Shown: positions 1 through 8,264 of the stretch, one piece after another | Numbering within the stretch: the first letter of the stretch is position 1 | Layout: every line of letters begins with the position of its first letter | DNA from: a virus | Lineage: Duplodnaviria > Caudoviricetes | Virus record (IMG/VR): IMGVR_UViG_3300025018_000048 | Location: 1 to 41,986 of that record | DNA length: 41,986 nucleotides | Direction: 5' to 3' (one strand) | Program-made: the position numbers and the translations under genes | Notes under the pieces: generated by a model | The model's input: only the letters and a program-made list of their open reading frames with translations | Told to the model about the DNA's origin: nothing | Database searches by the model: none

Positions 1-127
1 CGTCGTCGGCCGCATCCAGTGCGGCAACACGATCAGCCTCGGCGATGTCCTGCAGCTGGTCCAGTGCTTGCTCGAGAACCGAGCGCATGCGGGCATCGAT
101 GCGGGCGTTGTCGCTCGTGATCAACGC
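1..127. repeat. Terminal direct repeat (copy 1), most likely assembler overlap of a circular contig
   Basis: 1-127 is identical to 41860-41986. 127 is a common maximum assembler k-mer, and a minus-strand ORF reads through the junction. Confidence 0.95.
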
Positions 128-292
128 GACGGTCTCGATCAGCTGTTCATTGGCAAGGCCGCTGCGTGCGTACGGCATGGCCGCCAACACACGGGCCTGC
201 ATCGGGTCACGCATGGCCAGGTGCACCAGTGACTGCGGCGGCGCCATAGGGGCCAGGGCCTGGGCCAGGACTGGCGGGAGGTGAGCGTTCAT
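1..292 (-). CDS. First gene of PL operon, hypothetical; 5' part, continues across the circular junction to the stop at 41768
   Basis: ATG at 292 with GAAGGGG RBS just downstream of PL. MNAHLPPVLAQALAPM...LITSDNARIDARMR is in frame with ORF 41768..41983. Confidence 0.75.
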   Translation of the reverse strand, partial: MNAHLPPVLAQALAPMAPPQSLVHLAMRDPMQARVLAAMPYARSGLANEQLIETVALITSDNARIDARMRSVLEQALDQLQDIAEADRVAALDAADD

Positions 293-332
293 CGGATTCC
301 CCTTCATTGCGCCTGGGTGGCGCGTTGGGGGG

Positions 333-361
333 ATATTAGGGAATCCTTACTATCGTGTCAA
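333..361 (-). promoter_or_regulatory. PL-like sigma70 promoter
   Basis: Minus-strand TTGACA (361-356), 17-bp spacer, TAATAT (338-333). Confidence 0.85.
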
Positions 362-374
362 TAGGTATTCCTAA
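337..374. promoter_or_regulatory. Two OL-like repressor operators
   Basis: TAGGGAATCCTTA (337-349) is the exact reverse complement of 2023-2035. TAGGTATTCCTAA (362-374) is 12/13 identical to the reverse complement of 2048-2060. Confidence 0.85.
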
Positions 375-416
375 CTTCATGCGAAAATATTTCCACGCTA
401 CCAATTCCGGGGCGTG

Positions 417-440
417 AAAAAGCCCGCGCTTGGCGGGCTT
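417..440 (-). terminator. Intrinsic terminator of the cI (immunity) transcript
   Basis: Minus strand AAGCCCGC-CAAGC-GCGGGCTT followed by a T run, just past the last gene co-oriented with cI. Confidence 0.8.
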
Positions 441-460
441 GGAGGGCGAGATGAAGATGA

Positions 461-694
461 CTACGGAGCGGGCGGCCTATCTGGTGCGTCTGCACTTAAT
501 TGGTCCCGGTAACGCTGCAGCGCAGCCCGAACATCAGGCCTCATTGTTTGCCCGTCTGCGCGAGAAGCATCTTCGAGTTGGAACGCGGCCACCACCATAT
601 CCACCGTCTCACGCAAAGCGGCGCGGTCGCGGGCAGCCTCAATGAGTGCGATCACTACGATCTTGAGTGCCTGCAGCTCTGCGTCATTGTTCAC
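461..694 (-). CDS. Hypothetical protein, immunity-region accessory gene
   Basis: Likely GTG start at 694 (MNNDAELQALKIVVIALIE...), 4 nt after the upstream small ORF; ends before the terminator. Confidence 0.6.
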   Translation of the reverse strand: MNNDAELQALKIVVIALIEAARDRAALRETVDMVVAAFQLEDASRADGQTMRPDVRAALQRYRDQLSADAPDRPPAP

Positions 695-698
695 AGGA

Positions 699-830
699 TT
701 ACCCGCCAACCGTGCCGTAGAAGATGTCGGCCAACCCACTCCAGAACGACAGGCCGATGAAGCCGCCCGCGATCGCGTAGACCAGCCAGCGGTACCAGCG
801 GGGTTCGTTTTGCAGGTCACTCATTTTCAT
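699..830 (-). CDS. 43-aa single-pass membrane peptide (below the ORF-track cutoff)
   Basis: MKMSDLQNEPRWYRWLVYAIAGGFIGLSFWSGLADIFYGTVGG*, hydrophobic core, tightly packed with the next ORF. Confidence 0.55.
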   Translation of the reverse strand: MKMSDLQNEPRWYRWLVYAIAGGFIGLSFWSGLADIFYGTVGG

Positions 831-906
831 GGTGCAACGCGGCGCGTCTGAGGCGCAAAAGAAAGGAAGATCATGCGGTTACCGCTGGGCTACTTGTGGA
901 CACTGG

Positions 907-1245
907 TCAAGGTGAGCGGGGAAAATCGTCGAAGTAGGCAAGAGTCAGTATGGACGGCCGCCCGACGAGAACGGGCAAGTCGTAGCGACCTCCTCTTAGA
1001 ACTGTGTGAATGCGTGCATCACCAGTGGTTTCGACTATGCCAAGCACTACGCCGATGGGCTGGGGCCAGTCAGAAATCGTATCTCCCACCGATGCACTAT
1101 GCACACGACCGTTGTGCTCAAAGCGAATCGAGCATGGCCGCGCAGTCGGATGCGCAAGCGGGTAGGTAGTTGCCATTTGCACGAAGGCGCCATAGGCGCG
1201 CTCGGCTTGCGCCTGATCGGCGGCATATGGCACGAAGAATTTCAT
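907..1245 (-). CDS. Hypothetical protein, immunity-region accessory gene
   Basis: ATG at 1245 (MKFFVPYAADQAQAE...), 4 nt after the upstream stop. Confidence 0.65.
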   Translation of the reverse strand: MKFFVPYAADQAQAERAYGAFVQMATTYPLAHPTARPCSIRFEHNGRVHSASVGDTISDWPQPIGVVLGIVETTGDARIHTVLRGGRYDLPVLVGRPSILTLAYFDDFPRSP

Positions 1246-1249
1246 TGGC

Positions 1250-1585
1250 TTACTCGGCCGGGATGCCGTCAGGGTCGCAATGCATCGAGGATGTTCCTGT
1301 CGATCCATCGCGCCATACGATGCAACGCTGGATCTCGACGACTCCGACCCCGTAGCGATCTACCGGCAGCCGAATCTCGACCAGATTGCCATGCGGCGTA
1401 GCCCACCCCCTTGTTGTTGGGCCGGCCTGCAATTGCCGCTGCGCATTCTCATCAAGCGCGGACCTTTGCGCACGCCGATCGGCTGACTCCTTGACCGTGC
1501 GCGTCTTGGCGGCATCCCAGGCCCATGCAGCCACTACGACAGCGACAATGGCGGCAACGATCCAGTAACTCTTCTCGCTGCGCAT
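1250..1585 (-). CDS. Membrane-anchored/periplasmic small protein downstream of cI
   Basis: N-terminal TM helix (YWIVAAIVAVVVAAWAW) and two C-terminal Cys. Confidence 0.7.
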   Translation of the reverse strand: MRSEKSYWIVAAIVAVVVAAWAWDAAKTRTVKESADRRAQRSALDENAQRQLQAGPTTRGWATPHGNLVEIRLPVDRYGVGVVEIQRCIVWRDGSTGTSSMHCDPDGIPAE

Positions 1586-1629
1586 GGGAGGTCAAAACAG
1601 CTTCGATTGCACGAGGTACAGGCGAGGGG

Positions 1630-1998
1630 CTACCCCTCGGTCCCGTTTCCCTTCAAGGACTTCCTCTCCTGGGCCTCGATCTCGTCCATCATGCGCGTCT
1701 GGACGGCCCCCTTCGCGAAAACGCTCAGGGCTTCATATCTTTCTTCGTCAACCAGTTCGAAGCGCCACTCCGTTTCTGCGCTCTTTGATCCGACGCCGAA
1801 GCAGAGCCAGTTTGCGCTGACTTTGCACAGCTTCGCGGCCGTCAGCAAGTTGCTTGCTTCCATCGACTTGGATTTGCCGGAAAGCCAGTCGCTCACCGAA
1901 GGTGGTTTTACCTTGCACGCCCGAGCCAAGTCCGCGGCGCTCACAGGCGGCGGTCCCCGCATGGCCTCTGCTAGTCGTTCTGCGAGCGTCGTTTTCAT
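1630..1998 (-). CDS. cI: CI-like XRE-family HTH repressor (no S24 peptidase domain)
   Basis: TLAERL...SAADLARACKVKPPSVSDWLSG...SANWL HTH; divergent from the cro-like gene. Confidence 0.9.
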   Translation of the reverse strand: MKTTLAERLAEAMRGPPPVSAADLARACKVKPPSVSDWLSGKSKSMEASNLLTAAKLCKVSANWLCFGVGSKSAETEWRFELVDEERYEALSVFAKGAVQTRMMDEIEAQERKSLKGNGTEG

Positions 1999-2022
1999 TA
2001 GCGCAGACTAATGCAGCTCTTG

Positions 2023-2064
2023 TAAGGATTCCCTATTGACAATGATCTAAGGAATACCTAACAT
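2023..2064 (+). promoter_or_regulatory. PR promoter with two OR-like operators
   Basis: TTGACA 2036-2041, 17-bp spacer, TAACAT 2059-2064. Operators TAAGGATTCCCTA 2023-2035 and TAAGGAATACCTA 2048-2060. Confidence 0.85.
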
Positions 2065-2070
2065 GCCGCC

Positions 2071-2343
2071 ATGACTGATAAAGAAATCATTGAGATGCTG
2101 GGCGGAGTCACGGCTGTGGCTCGAATGCTCGACATCAAGCCGCCGAGCGTGCACGGTTGGCTTGAGACCGGAATTCCAGAAGGTCGACTTCGAGACTTGG
2201 CGGCCCAGATTGAGATCCGCTCCGAAGGGCGGTTTACTCGAAAGCAACGGTGGCCGGAGAAGTATGGGTTCTACTGGCCCGAGCTGATCGGCGCCGAGGG
2301 CGCGCCGGCCGTGCCCGCATCCGAAGCGAAAGCGGCAGCCTGA
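2071..2343 (+). CDS. cro: Cro-like transcriptional regulator
   Basis: IIEMLGGVTAVARMLDIKPPSVHGW...GIP...YWPEL; the recognition helix KPPSV is shared with CI. Confidence 0.88.
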   Translation: MTDKEIIEMLGGVTAVARMLDIKPPSVHGWLETGIPEGRLRDLAAQIEIRSEGRFTRKQRWPEKYGFYWPELIGAEGAPAVPASEAKAAA

Positions 2344-2344
2344 T

Positions 2345-2596
2345 ATGGGACAGCCCTCACGCCCCCCGATGCTGACCCCTTGGGGAAAGTGCACTGAGCC
2401 GGTCAAGACCACTATCCCGGCCGAGACCGATCGGCTGCTTCGCATGCACGCCGCGCACACCGGCTCGACCGAGGCCGAGATCGTGCGAAACATGCTGATC
2501 GAGAAGTTCCATGGCGCCGACATGGCCGAAGCGTCGCTCGTCGAGCACTTCCGGTCAACGGTCAGAACTGGGGCAGGAAAGGCCGAGGTGTCATGA
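2345..2596 (+). CDS. Small putative DNA-binding protein (CII position, RHH-like)
   Basis: Follows cro; VKTTIP...LRMHAA...AEIVRNML pattern. Confidence 0.55.
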   Translation: MGQPSRPPMLTPWGKCTEPVKTTIPAETDRLLRMHAAHTGSTEAEIVRNMLIEKFHGADMAEASLVEHFRSTVRTGAGKAEVS

Positions 2597-3507
2597 GCGC
2601 AAACACCAAAATCGAATGGGCCGACCACACGTTTAATCCGTGGGAGGGTTGCCAGAAGGTCGGCCCGGGCTGCGACCACTGCTACGCGGAGCACCGAAAT
2701 GCACGGTTCGCCGGCGGCCAGGCCATCAATTGGGGGCCGGGTGCGCCACGCCGGCGCACAAGCGAGGCGAACTGGCGCAAGCCGCTGGCCTGGAACGCGA
2801 ACCACGAGGCATTCCTCGCCGCGCACGGGCGACGGCAGCGCGTGTTCTGCGCGTCCCTGGCCGACGTGTTCGACAACGCGGTGGACCGCGAATGGCGCGA
2901 TGACCTGGCCACGGTGATCCTGAGCACACCGAACCTCGACTGGCTGCTGCTCACGAAACGGATCGGCAACGCCGGCGAGATGCTTGGCGAGATGTTCCTT
3001 GACGGCCCGCCGGACAACCTGTGGCTGGGCGCCACAATCGTCAATCCGGAAGAAGCCGACCGCGACATCACGAAGCTGCTGGCGGTGCCGGCGCGCGTGC
3101 GGTTCCTGAGTATGGAGCCGTTGCTCGGGCCAGTGGATCTCGGGTTGATGTGCGAAAACTGGTCCGACGACATCGTGATGGACCCGGAAACCGGCGCCCG
3201 TGAGTGCTGCAAGAAGTGCGACTACACCGGTGTCGGCAACGCTATTGACTGGGTCATCGTCGGCGGCGAGAGCGGCCCCAACGCCCGCCCGATGCATCCC
3301 GACTGGGCACGCAGCCTGCGCGACCAGTGCCAGGCCGCCGGCGTGCCGTTCATGTTTAAGCAGTGGGGCGAATATGGGCCGGCGTCTGAAGGTTTCGCGC
3401 GCAATGGCGACGTAGTCCATGAGTATGGCGTCTGGTCGGTGCGCATGGGCAAGAAAGCCGCCGGCCGCATGCTCGATGGCCGCACCTGGGATGGGGTTCC
3501 GTCATGA
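2593..3507 (+). CDS. Phage Gp37/Gp68 (DUF5131) family protein
   Basis: TKIEWADHTFNPWEGCQKVGPGCDHCYAE, LLLTKR, FLSMEPLLG, WVIVGGESG, FKQWGE. Confidence 0.92.
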   Translation: MSANTKIEWADHTFNPWEGCQKVGPGCDHCYAEHRNARFAGGQAINWGPGAPRRRTSEANWRKPLAWNANHEAFLAAHGRRQRVFCASLADVFDNAVDREWRDDLATVILSTPNLDWLLLTKRIGNAGEMLGEMFLDGPPDNLWLGATIVNPEEADRDITKLLAVPARVRFLSMEPLLGPVDLGLMCENWSDDIVMDPETGARECCKKCDYTGVGNAIDWVIVGGESGPNARPMHPDWARSLRDQCQAAGVPFMFKQWGEYGPASEGFARNGDVVHEYGVWSVRMGKKAAGRMLDGRTWDGVPS

Positions 3508-3725
3508 GCGCCGGCCAGTTCCACCGCCCCAAACCGGCGCAGATCGTCAACGCCTTCGGCCGCATCCATGAGGACACGCCAACCGTGTTCGCCACCAAGC
3601 AGGAGCTGGGCCGAGCCAAGGCGCACCAGTCGCTGACCATGACCGAGAAGGGTCAGGCTGCGATCGCGGAGTCGAACCGGCGCCTGGATGTGTACGTGAA
3701 GCGGCGCAAGGGGGCCTCGAGATGA
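3504..3725 (+). CDS. Hypothetical protein
   Basis: ATGA overlaps with both neighbours. Confidence 0.65.
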   Translation: MSAGQFHRPKPAQIVNAFGRIHEDTPTVFATKQELGRAKAHQSLTMTEKGQAAIAESNRRLDVYVKRRKGASR

Positions 3726-4579
3726 CCGCCATCACCAGGCCCGCGCTGCGGTACCACGGTGGCAAGTTTCGGCTGGCTCCGTGGATACAGCAGTTCTTCC
3801 CGCCGCATGGATGCTATGTGGAGCCGTTCGGCGGCGCCGCTGGCGTGCTGCTGCGCAAGGCTCGGGTGTACGCCGAGGTCTACAACGACCTGGATGGCGA
3901 CATCGTGAACTTCTTTCGCGTCCTGCGAGATCCGGTGTTGCGTGAAGATCTGATTCAGGCCTGCCGGTTGACGCCGTACGCGCGCGATGAATTTGACCTG
4001 GCCTACGAACACACCGATGACCAGCTCGAGCGCGCCAGGCGCACATGCATTCGCGCCGCGATGGGCTTCGGATCCGCTGGCGCCACCAAGGCCACGACCG
4101 GGTTCCGCACAGACACGCGCCGGAAGTACGGCACGGCGCAGCACAACTGGGCCGATTACCCGGACGCGCTGGGTGCAATTGGCGAACGCTTCTCCGGCGT
4201 GCTGATCGAGAACCGCGACGCGATCGCAGTGATGCGGGACCACGACGGCCACGACACGCTGCATTTCGTCGATCCGCCGTACGTGCACGCCACAAGGCAC
4301 ATGCGCAACAAGGGTGTGTACAGGCACGAACTGGATGACGTCGGCCAAGGCCAGCTGCTCGACGCGCTGCTCGAGCTGGATGGCATGGTGGTGCTGAGCG
4401 GGTATCCGGGCACGTTCTACGACGACCGCCTGGCTGGCTGGGAGACGTTCACGACCGCGGCGCGGATCTCTGGTGGCCGTGGCACATCTGTGCGCACCGA
4501 GGTCGTGTGGATCAACCCAGCCTGCAGCGCCGCTCTGCAGCGATCGCGGCGTGATCTGTTCGCGGAGGTGTCGGCGTGA
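3722..4579 (+). CDS. DNA N6-adenine methyltransferase (D12 class)
   Basis: RYHGGK, YVEPFGG, YNDLD, DPPY motifs. Confidence 0.93.
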   Translation: MTAITRPALRYHGGKFRLAPWIQQFFPPHGCYVEPFGGAAGVLLRKARVYAEVYNDLDGDIVNFFRVLRDPVLREDLIQACRLTPYARDEFDLAYEHTDDQLERARRTCIRAAMGFGSAGATKATTGFRTDTRRKYGTAQHNWADYPDALGAIGERFSGVLIENRDAIAVMRDHDGHDTLHFVDPPYVHATRHMRNKGVYRHELDDVGQGQLLDALLELDGMVVLSGYPGTFYDDRLAGWETFTTAARISGGRGTSVRTEVVWINPACSAALQRSRRDLFAEVSA

Positions 4580-4602
4580 ACTACTACGAGCACCACGTGG
4601 GG
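4576..4602 (+). pseudogene. Possible N-terminal relic of a YdaU/DUF1376-type gene
   Basis: GTG start coupled to the MTase stop with GGAGG RBS, encoding MNYYEHHVG, like the MNYYEHHIGD start of that family. Similarity then appears to end. Confidence 0.45.
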
Positions 4603-4639
4603 GCTACCATTGCATCCCCTCAATCAACAAGGAGCAGCA

Positions 4640-4837
4640 ATGCCAGAAAAAGATGTCCTGGTTATCACGCCCAGGCCGCAGATCTCAGTTCACATTTCAG
4701 AGCACGGCGACGTAGTCATCACAGTTTCCTCGATGTCGGACGACATGCAAAGGGTGGAGATCAACGACGTGACATTTCCGAGAGAGTGCGCCTCGGAGGT
4801 AGGGAACGCGTTGCTGGGTCTAGCTGCGCAAAACTAG
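4640..4837 (+). CDS. Small hypothetical protein
   Basis: AAGGAG RBS, then MPEKDVLVITPRPQISV...; lower GC than neighbours. Confidence 0.65.
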   Translation: MPEKDVLVITPRPQISVHISEHGDVVITVSSMSDDMQRVEINDVTFPRECASEVGNALLGLAAQN

Positions 4838-4874
4838 CGGTTGATACGGCGCACCCCTGCAATGGGGGTGCGTC

Positions 4875-5812
<938 letters not shown>

Positions 5813-5816
<4 letters not shown>

Positions 5817-6283
5817 CCTTCGCCAAGCCCGATAAGTCGTTGGCTGATGCCATCCCGCACACCCCGGTCGTGCGCACCTACCGATGCTCCGGCCACGGCT
5901 GCCCGATGCCCGGTGCGATATTCGACAACCCGGGGCAGCTCACTGGCGTTTGCGCCTACCACTACGCTGCCAACCCGAGCGACTGGCCACGCATCACGCA
6001 GGCCTTGACCGACTGGGCCTGTGTCACCGACGAGATCAACGCCTGTCGGCAGATCCACACCGACCCAGAGACGGCCACCAGTCCGGGCACGATAGCCCGC
6101 CAGTTCGAAGCTGCCGTGGCCAGGCTCGAACCACTGGTCGGCACCTGGTGGGACCAGCTCAAGCCGCAGCCGGGACGCGGCGGTCGCATGGACGACTACC
6201 GATCGTGGGGCCTGCGCTTGGATCGCTTCATCGGCGCCAGGGTGCAGGCCGTCACCGTCACACCTCGCAGGAGAGCAGCATGA
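5813..6283 (+). CDS. Hypothetical protein with Cys/His cluster, downstream of rep
   Basis: ATGA coupling; CSGHGCP...CAYH. Confidence 0.7.
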
Positions 6284-6474
6284 CCGCCGAAGACGACCTT
6301 CGCAGCCCAAACCCGGACGAGACCGAGCTGTCGACGCTCGAGGTGCGCCAGGGGCTCAGGGACGGCAGCATCCCGCCTGGACCGCGCGCGCGTGCCCGAG
6401 CGTTTGCCGATGCGTGGGTGTGGGAGCGCCGGCGGGTCGAAGTACACGACTTTTACCGGGAGACAACAACGTGA
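6280..6474 (+). CDS. Small hypothetical protein
   Basis: AGGAG RBS, overlapping start/stop on both sides. Confidence 0.6.
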   Translation: MTAEDDLRSPNPDETELSTLEVRQGLRDGSIPPGPRARARAFADAWVWERRRVEVHDFYRETTT

Positions 6475-6926
6475 TCGTCCTTGCCCTTCCATACCCGTTG
6501 TCGGCCAACCGCTACTGGCGCCCGGTGCGCATCGGCAACCACATCACCATCGTGCCGACCAAGGAGGCCAAGGGGTACCGCACTGCGGCCGCATGGTGCA
6601 TCAAGTCGGCCGGCATCAAGACCCCTATCACCGGCCGCGTCGCGATCGATGTGAAGCTCTACCCCAACCGCCCGCAGGACTGGAAGAAGCGCCAGCGCGA
6701 GCATGGCGCCGCGTGGGATGACACCGTTATGTGCATCGACCTGGACAACGCGAACAAGGTGTTGTTGGACGCCATCAAGGGCGTGGCCATCGAGGATGAC
6801 AAGTGGGTGCGCCGGCTCACGTGCGAGCGCATGGAGCCCGACGCCGCGGGCGCGCGCGTGGTGATCACCATCACCCAAATTGCCACCGAACAGCCGCAGG
6901 AATCGCTGGCGTTGGAGGCTGCGTGA
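6471..6926 (+). CDS. rusA: RusA-family Holliday junction resolvase
   Basis: LPYPLSANRYWR, DLDNANKVLLDAI, IEDDKWV. Confidence 0.9.
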   Translation: MIVLALPYPLSANRYWRPVRIGNHITIVPTKEAKGYRTAAAWCIKSAGIKTPITGRVAIDVKLYPNRPQDWKKRQREHGAAWDDTVMCIDLDNANKVLLDAIKGVAIEDDKWVRRLTCERMEPDAAGARVVITITQIATEQPQESLALEAA

Positions 6927-7075
6927 TGCTGGTTCTGCGCCCCCAGGGCCGCGGCAACTGGGCGCCGACTCGCATCGTCATCGACGGGGCCCGGATCGGC
7001 CCAATGACGTTTCGCGCCGGCCAGCTGCTGCCCCTTGGGGGTATCGTGTTTCGGATCGTGATGGTGCTTCCGTGA
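6926..7075 (+). CDS. 49-aa hypothetical protein
   Basis: GGAGG RBS, TGATG coupling; MLVLRPQGRGNW... Confidence 0.6.
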   Translation: MLVLRPQGRGNWAPTRIVIDGARIGPMTFRAGQLLPLGGIVFRIVMVLP

Positions 7076-7326
7076 AACCACCAGAGCCTATGCGCAAGAT
7101 CGGGCGCACGATTACCGCGATGACGGCCCAGCGCATGTGCATCGACAAGAAGCGGTTCGCCAGCAAGAACGAGGCTCGCGACTTCGCCATTCGCGGTCAG
7201 AAGCTTTACGGCAACGCATCGACCACTCCCTACAAGTGCCCGGTGTGCTTCAAGTGGCACCTGTCATCGCTCAATCACACCGAAGGCAACAAGGCCCGGC
7301 GCCGCGCGCTGTCCCACAAGCCATGA
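7072..7326 (+). CDS. Small basic putative Zn-binding protein
   Basis: C..KKRF...YKCPVCFKWHL. Confidence 0.65.
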   Translation: MKPPEPMRKIGRTITAMTAQRMCIDKKRFASKNEARDFAIRGQKLYGNASTTPYKCPVCFKWHLSSLNHTEGNKARRRALSHKP

Positions 7327-7574
7327 CCGCTGCGATCAACACCAAACCGCCCATCGGCATGCTGCGCTTCACGCCGCGGCCGATCGACGTTGAGTCCATC
7401 CCGATCGGTGCAGTGGTGCGAACCACATTGGGGCAACTGGCGCGTGTCACCGGGTACCGTGGCCGGCGGCGCCAACATCGCGAATACCTGGTGCTGCGCT
7501 ACTTGACGCCGCGCAACCGTGCCTTTGCCGTGGTGCTGTTGTTGCCCGAGCTGGTGGAGGTGGTCGATGGGTAG
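7323..7574 (+). CDS. Small hypothetical protein X, copy 1 (SH3/KOW-like beta pattern)
   Basis: Coupled ORF; 64 of 66 core residues are identical to 25568..25903. Confidence 0.8.
   Translation: MTAAINTKPPIGMLRFTPRPIDVESIPIGAVVRTTLGQLARVTGYRGRRRQHREYLVLRYLTPRNRAFAVVLLLPELVEVVDG
7368..7565 (+). repeat. 198-bp diverged direct repeat, copy 1
   Basis: Gapless alignment to 25646-25843, with mostly synonymous differences. Confidence 0.92.
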
Positions 7575-8079
7575 GCCGAGCAGCTACACCGATGCCGTTG
7601 CCATGCGCATTTGCACGCGGCTGGCCAACGGCGAGAGTCTGCGCACGATATGCCTGGATGCGGACATGCCGGACCGAGGGACGGTGATCTATTGGCTGGC
7701 GCAAGAATGCAACGCCGAATTCGCCCGCCAGTACGCGCGCGCGCGGGAGGCGCAGGCCGACCACTATGCCGACGAGATCATCGAGATCAGCAACACGCCG
7801 GTGATCGGCAAGAAGACCAAGAAGACGGGCAAGGTCACAGAGGTCACCACGGGCGACATGATCGAGCATCGCCGGCTGCAGGTCGATGCGCGCAAGTGGT
7901 ACGCCGAAAAGGTGGCACCCAAGAAATACGGCACGCGCGCAGCCCTGGAGCACACCGGCCGCGACGGCAAGGACCTGCCGGCGACCACGACAACGGTGCA
8001 GGCTGGTGTGCTGGTGGTGCCGGGGGTCATGCAGGATCCGGATGCCTGGACGAAACTCGTGAAGGACAATGGGCAATGA
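7567..8079 (+). CDS. terS: Terminase small subunit
   Basis: MGRPSSYT...ICTRLANGESLRTIC...FARQYARARE...RLQVDARKW...APKKYG. Confidence 0.92.
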   Translation: MGRPSSYTDAVAMRICTRLANGESLRTICLDADMPDRGTVIYWLAQECNAEFARQYARAREAQADHYADEIIEISNTPVIGKKTKKTGKVTEVTTGDMIEHRRLQVDARKWYAEKVAPKKYGTRAALEHTGRDGKDLPATTTTVQAGVLVVPGVMQDPDAWTKLVKDNGQ

Positions 8080-8264
8080 CGGATCCAGCGCAGCCTTTCC
8101 CGGCACCCGCAGACCTGCAGGCGCAGGTGCCTGAGACTCCGCACGACAAGATGCTGCAGGACTACATGCAGCGCCAGCTGCAGCAGGCCATTCGTCTGCG
8201 CCAGGTGCGTACGCCGCAGGGCCTGGCATCGCTTTTCCCAGGACTGGGCAAGAAGCACCGGTGA
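8076..8264 (+). CDS. Small hypothetical protein between terS and terL
   Basis: Start/stop overlaps with both terminase genes. Confidence 0.55.
   Translation: MTDPAQPFPAPADLQAQVPETPHDKMLQDYMQRQLQQAIRLRQVRTPQGLASLFPGLGKKHR

Noticed and set aside
1-127. Biological terminal repeat of the virion DNA
   Set aside because: The length equals a standard assembler k-mer and it falls mid-gene, so it is best explained as circular-contig overlap.
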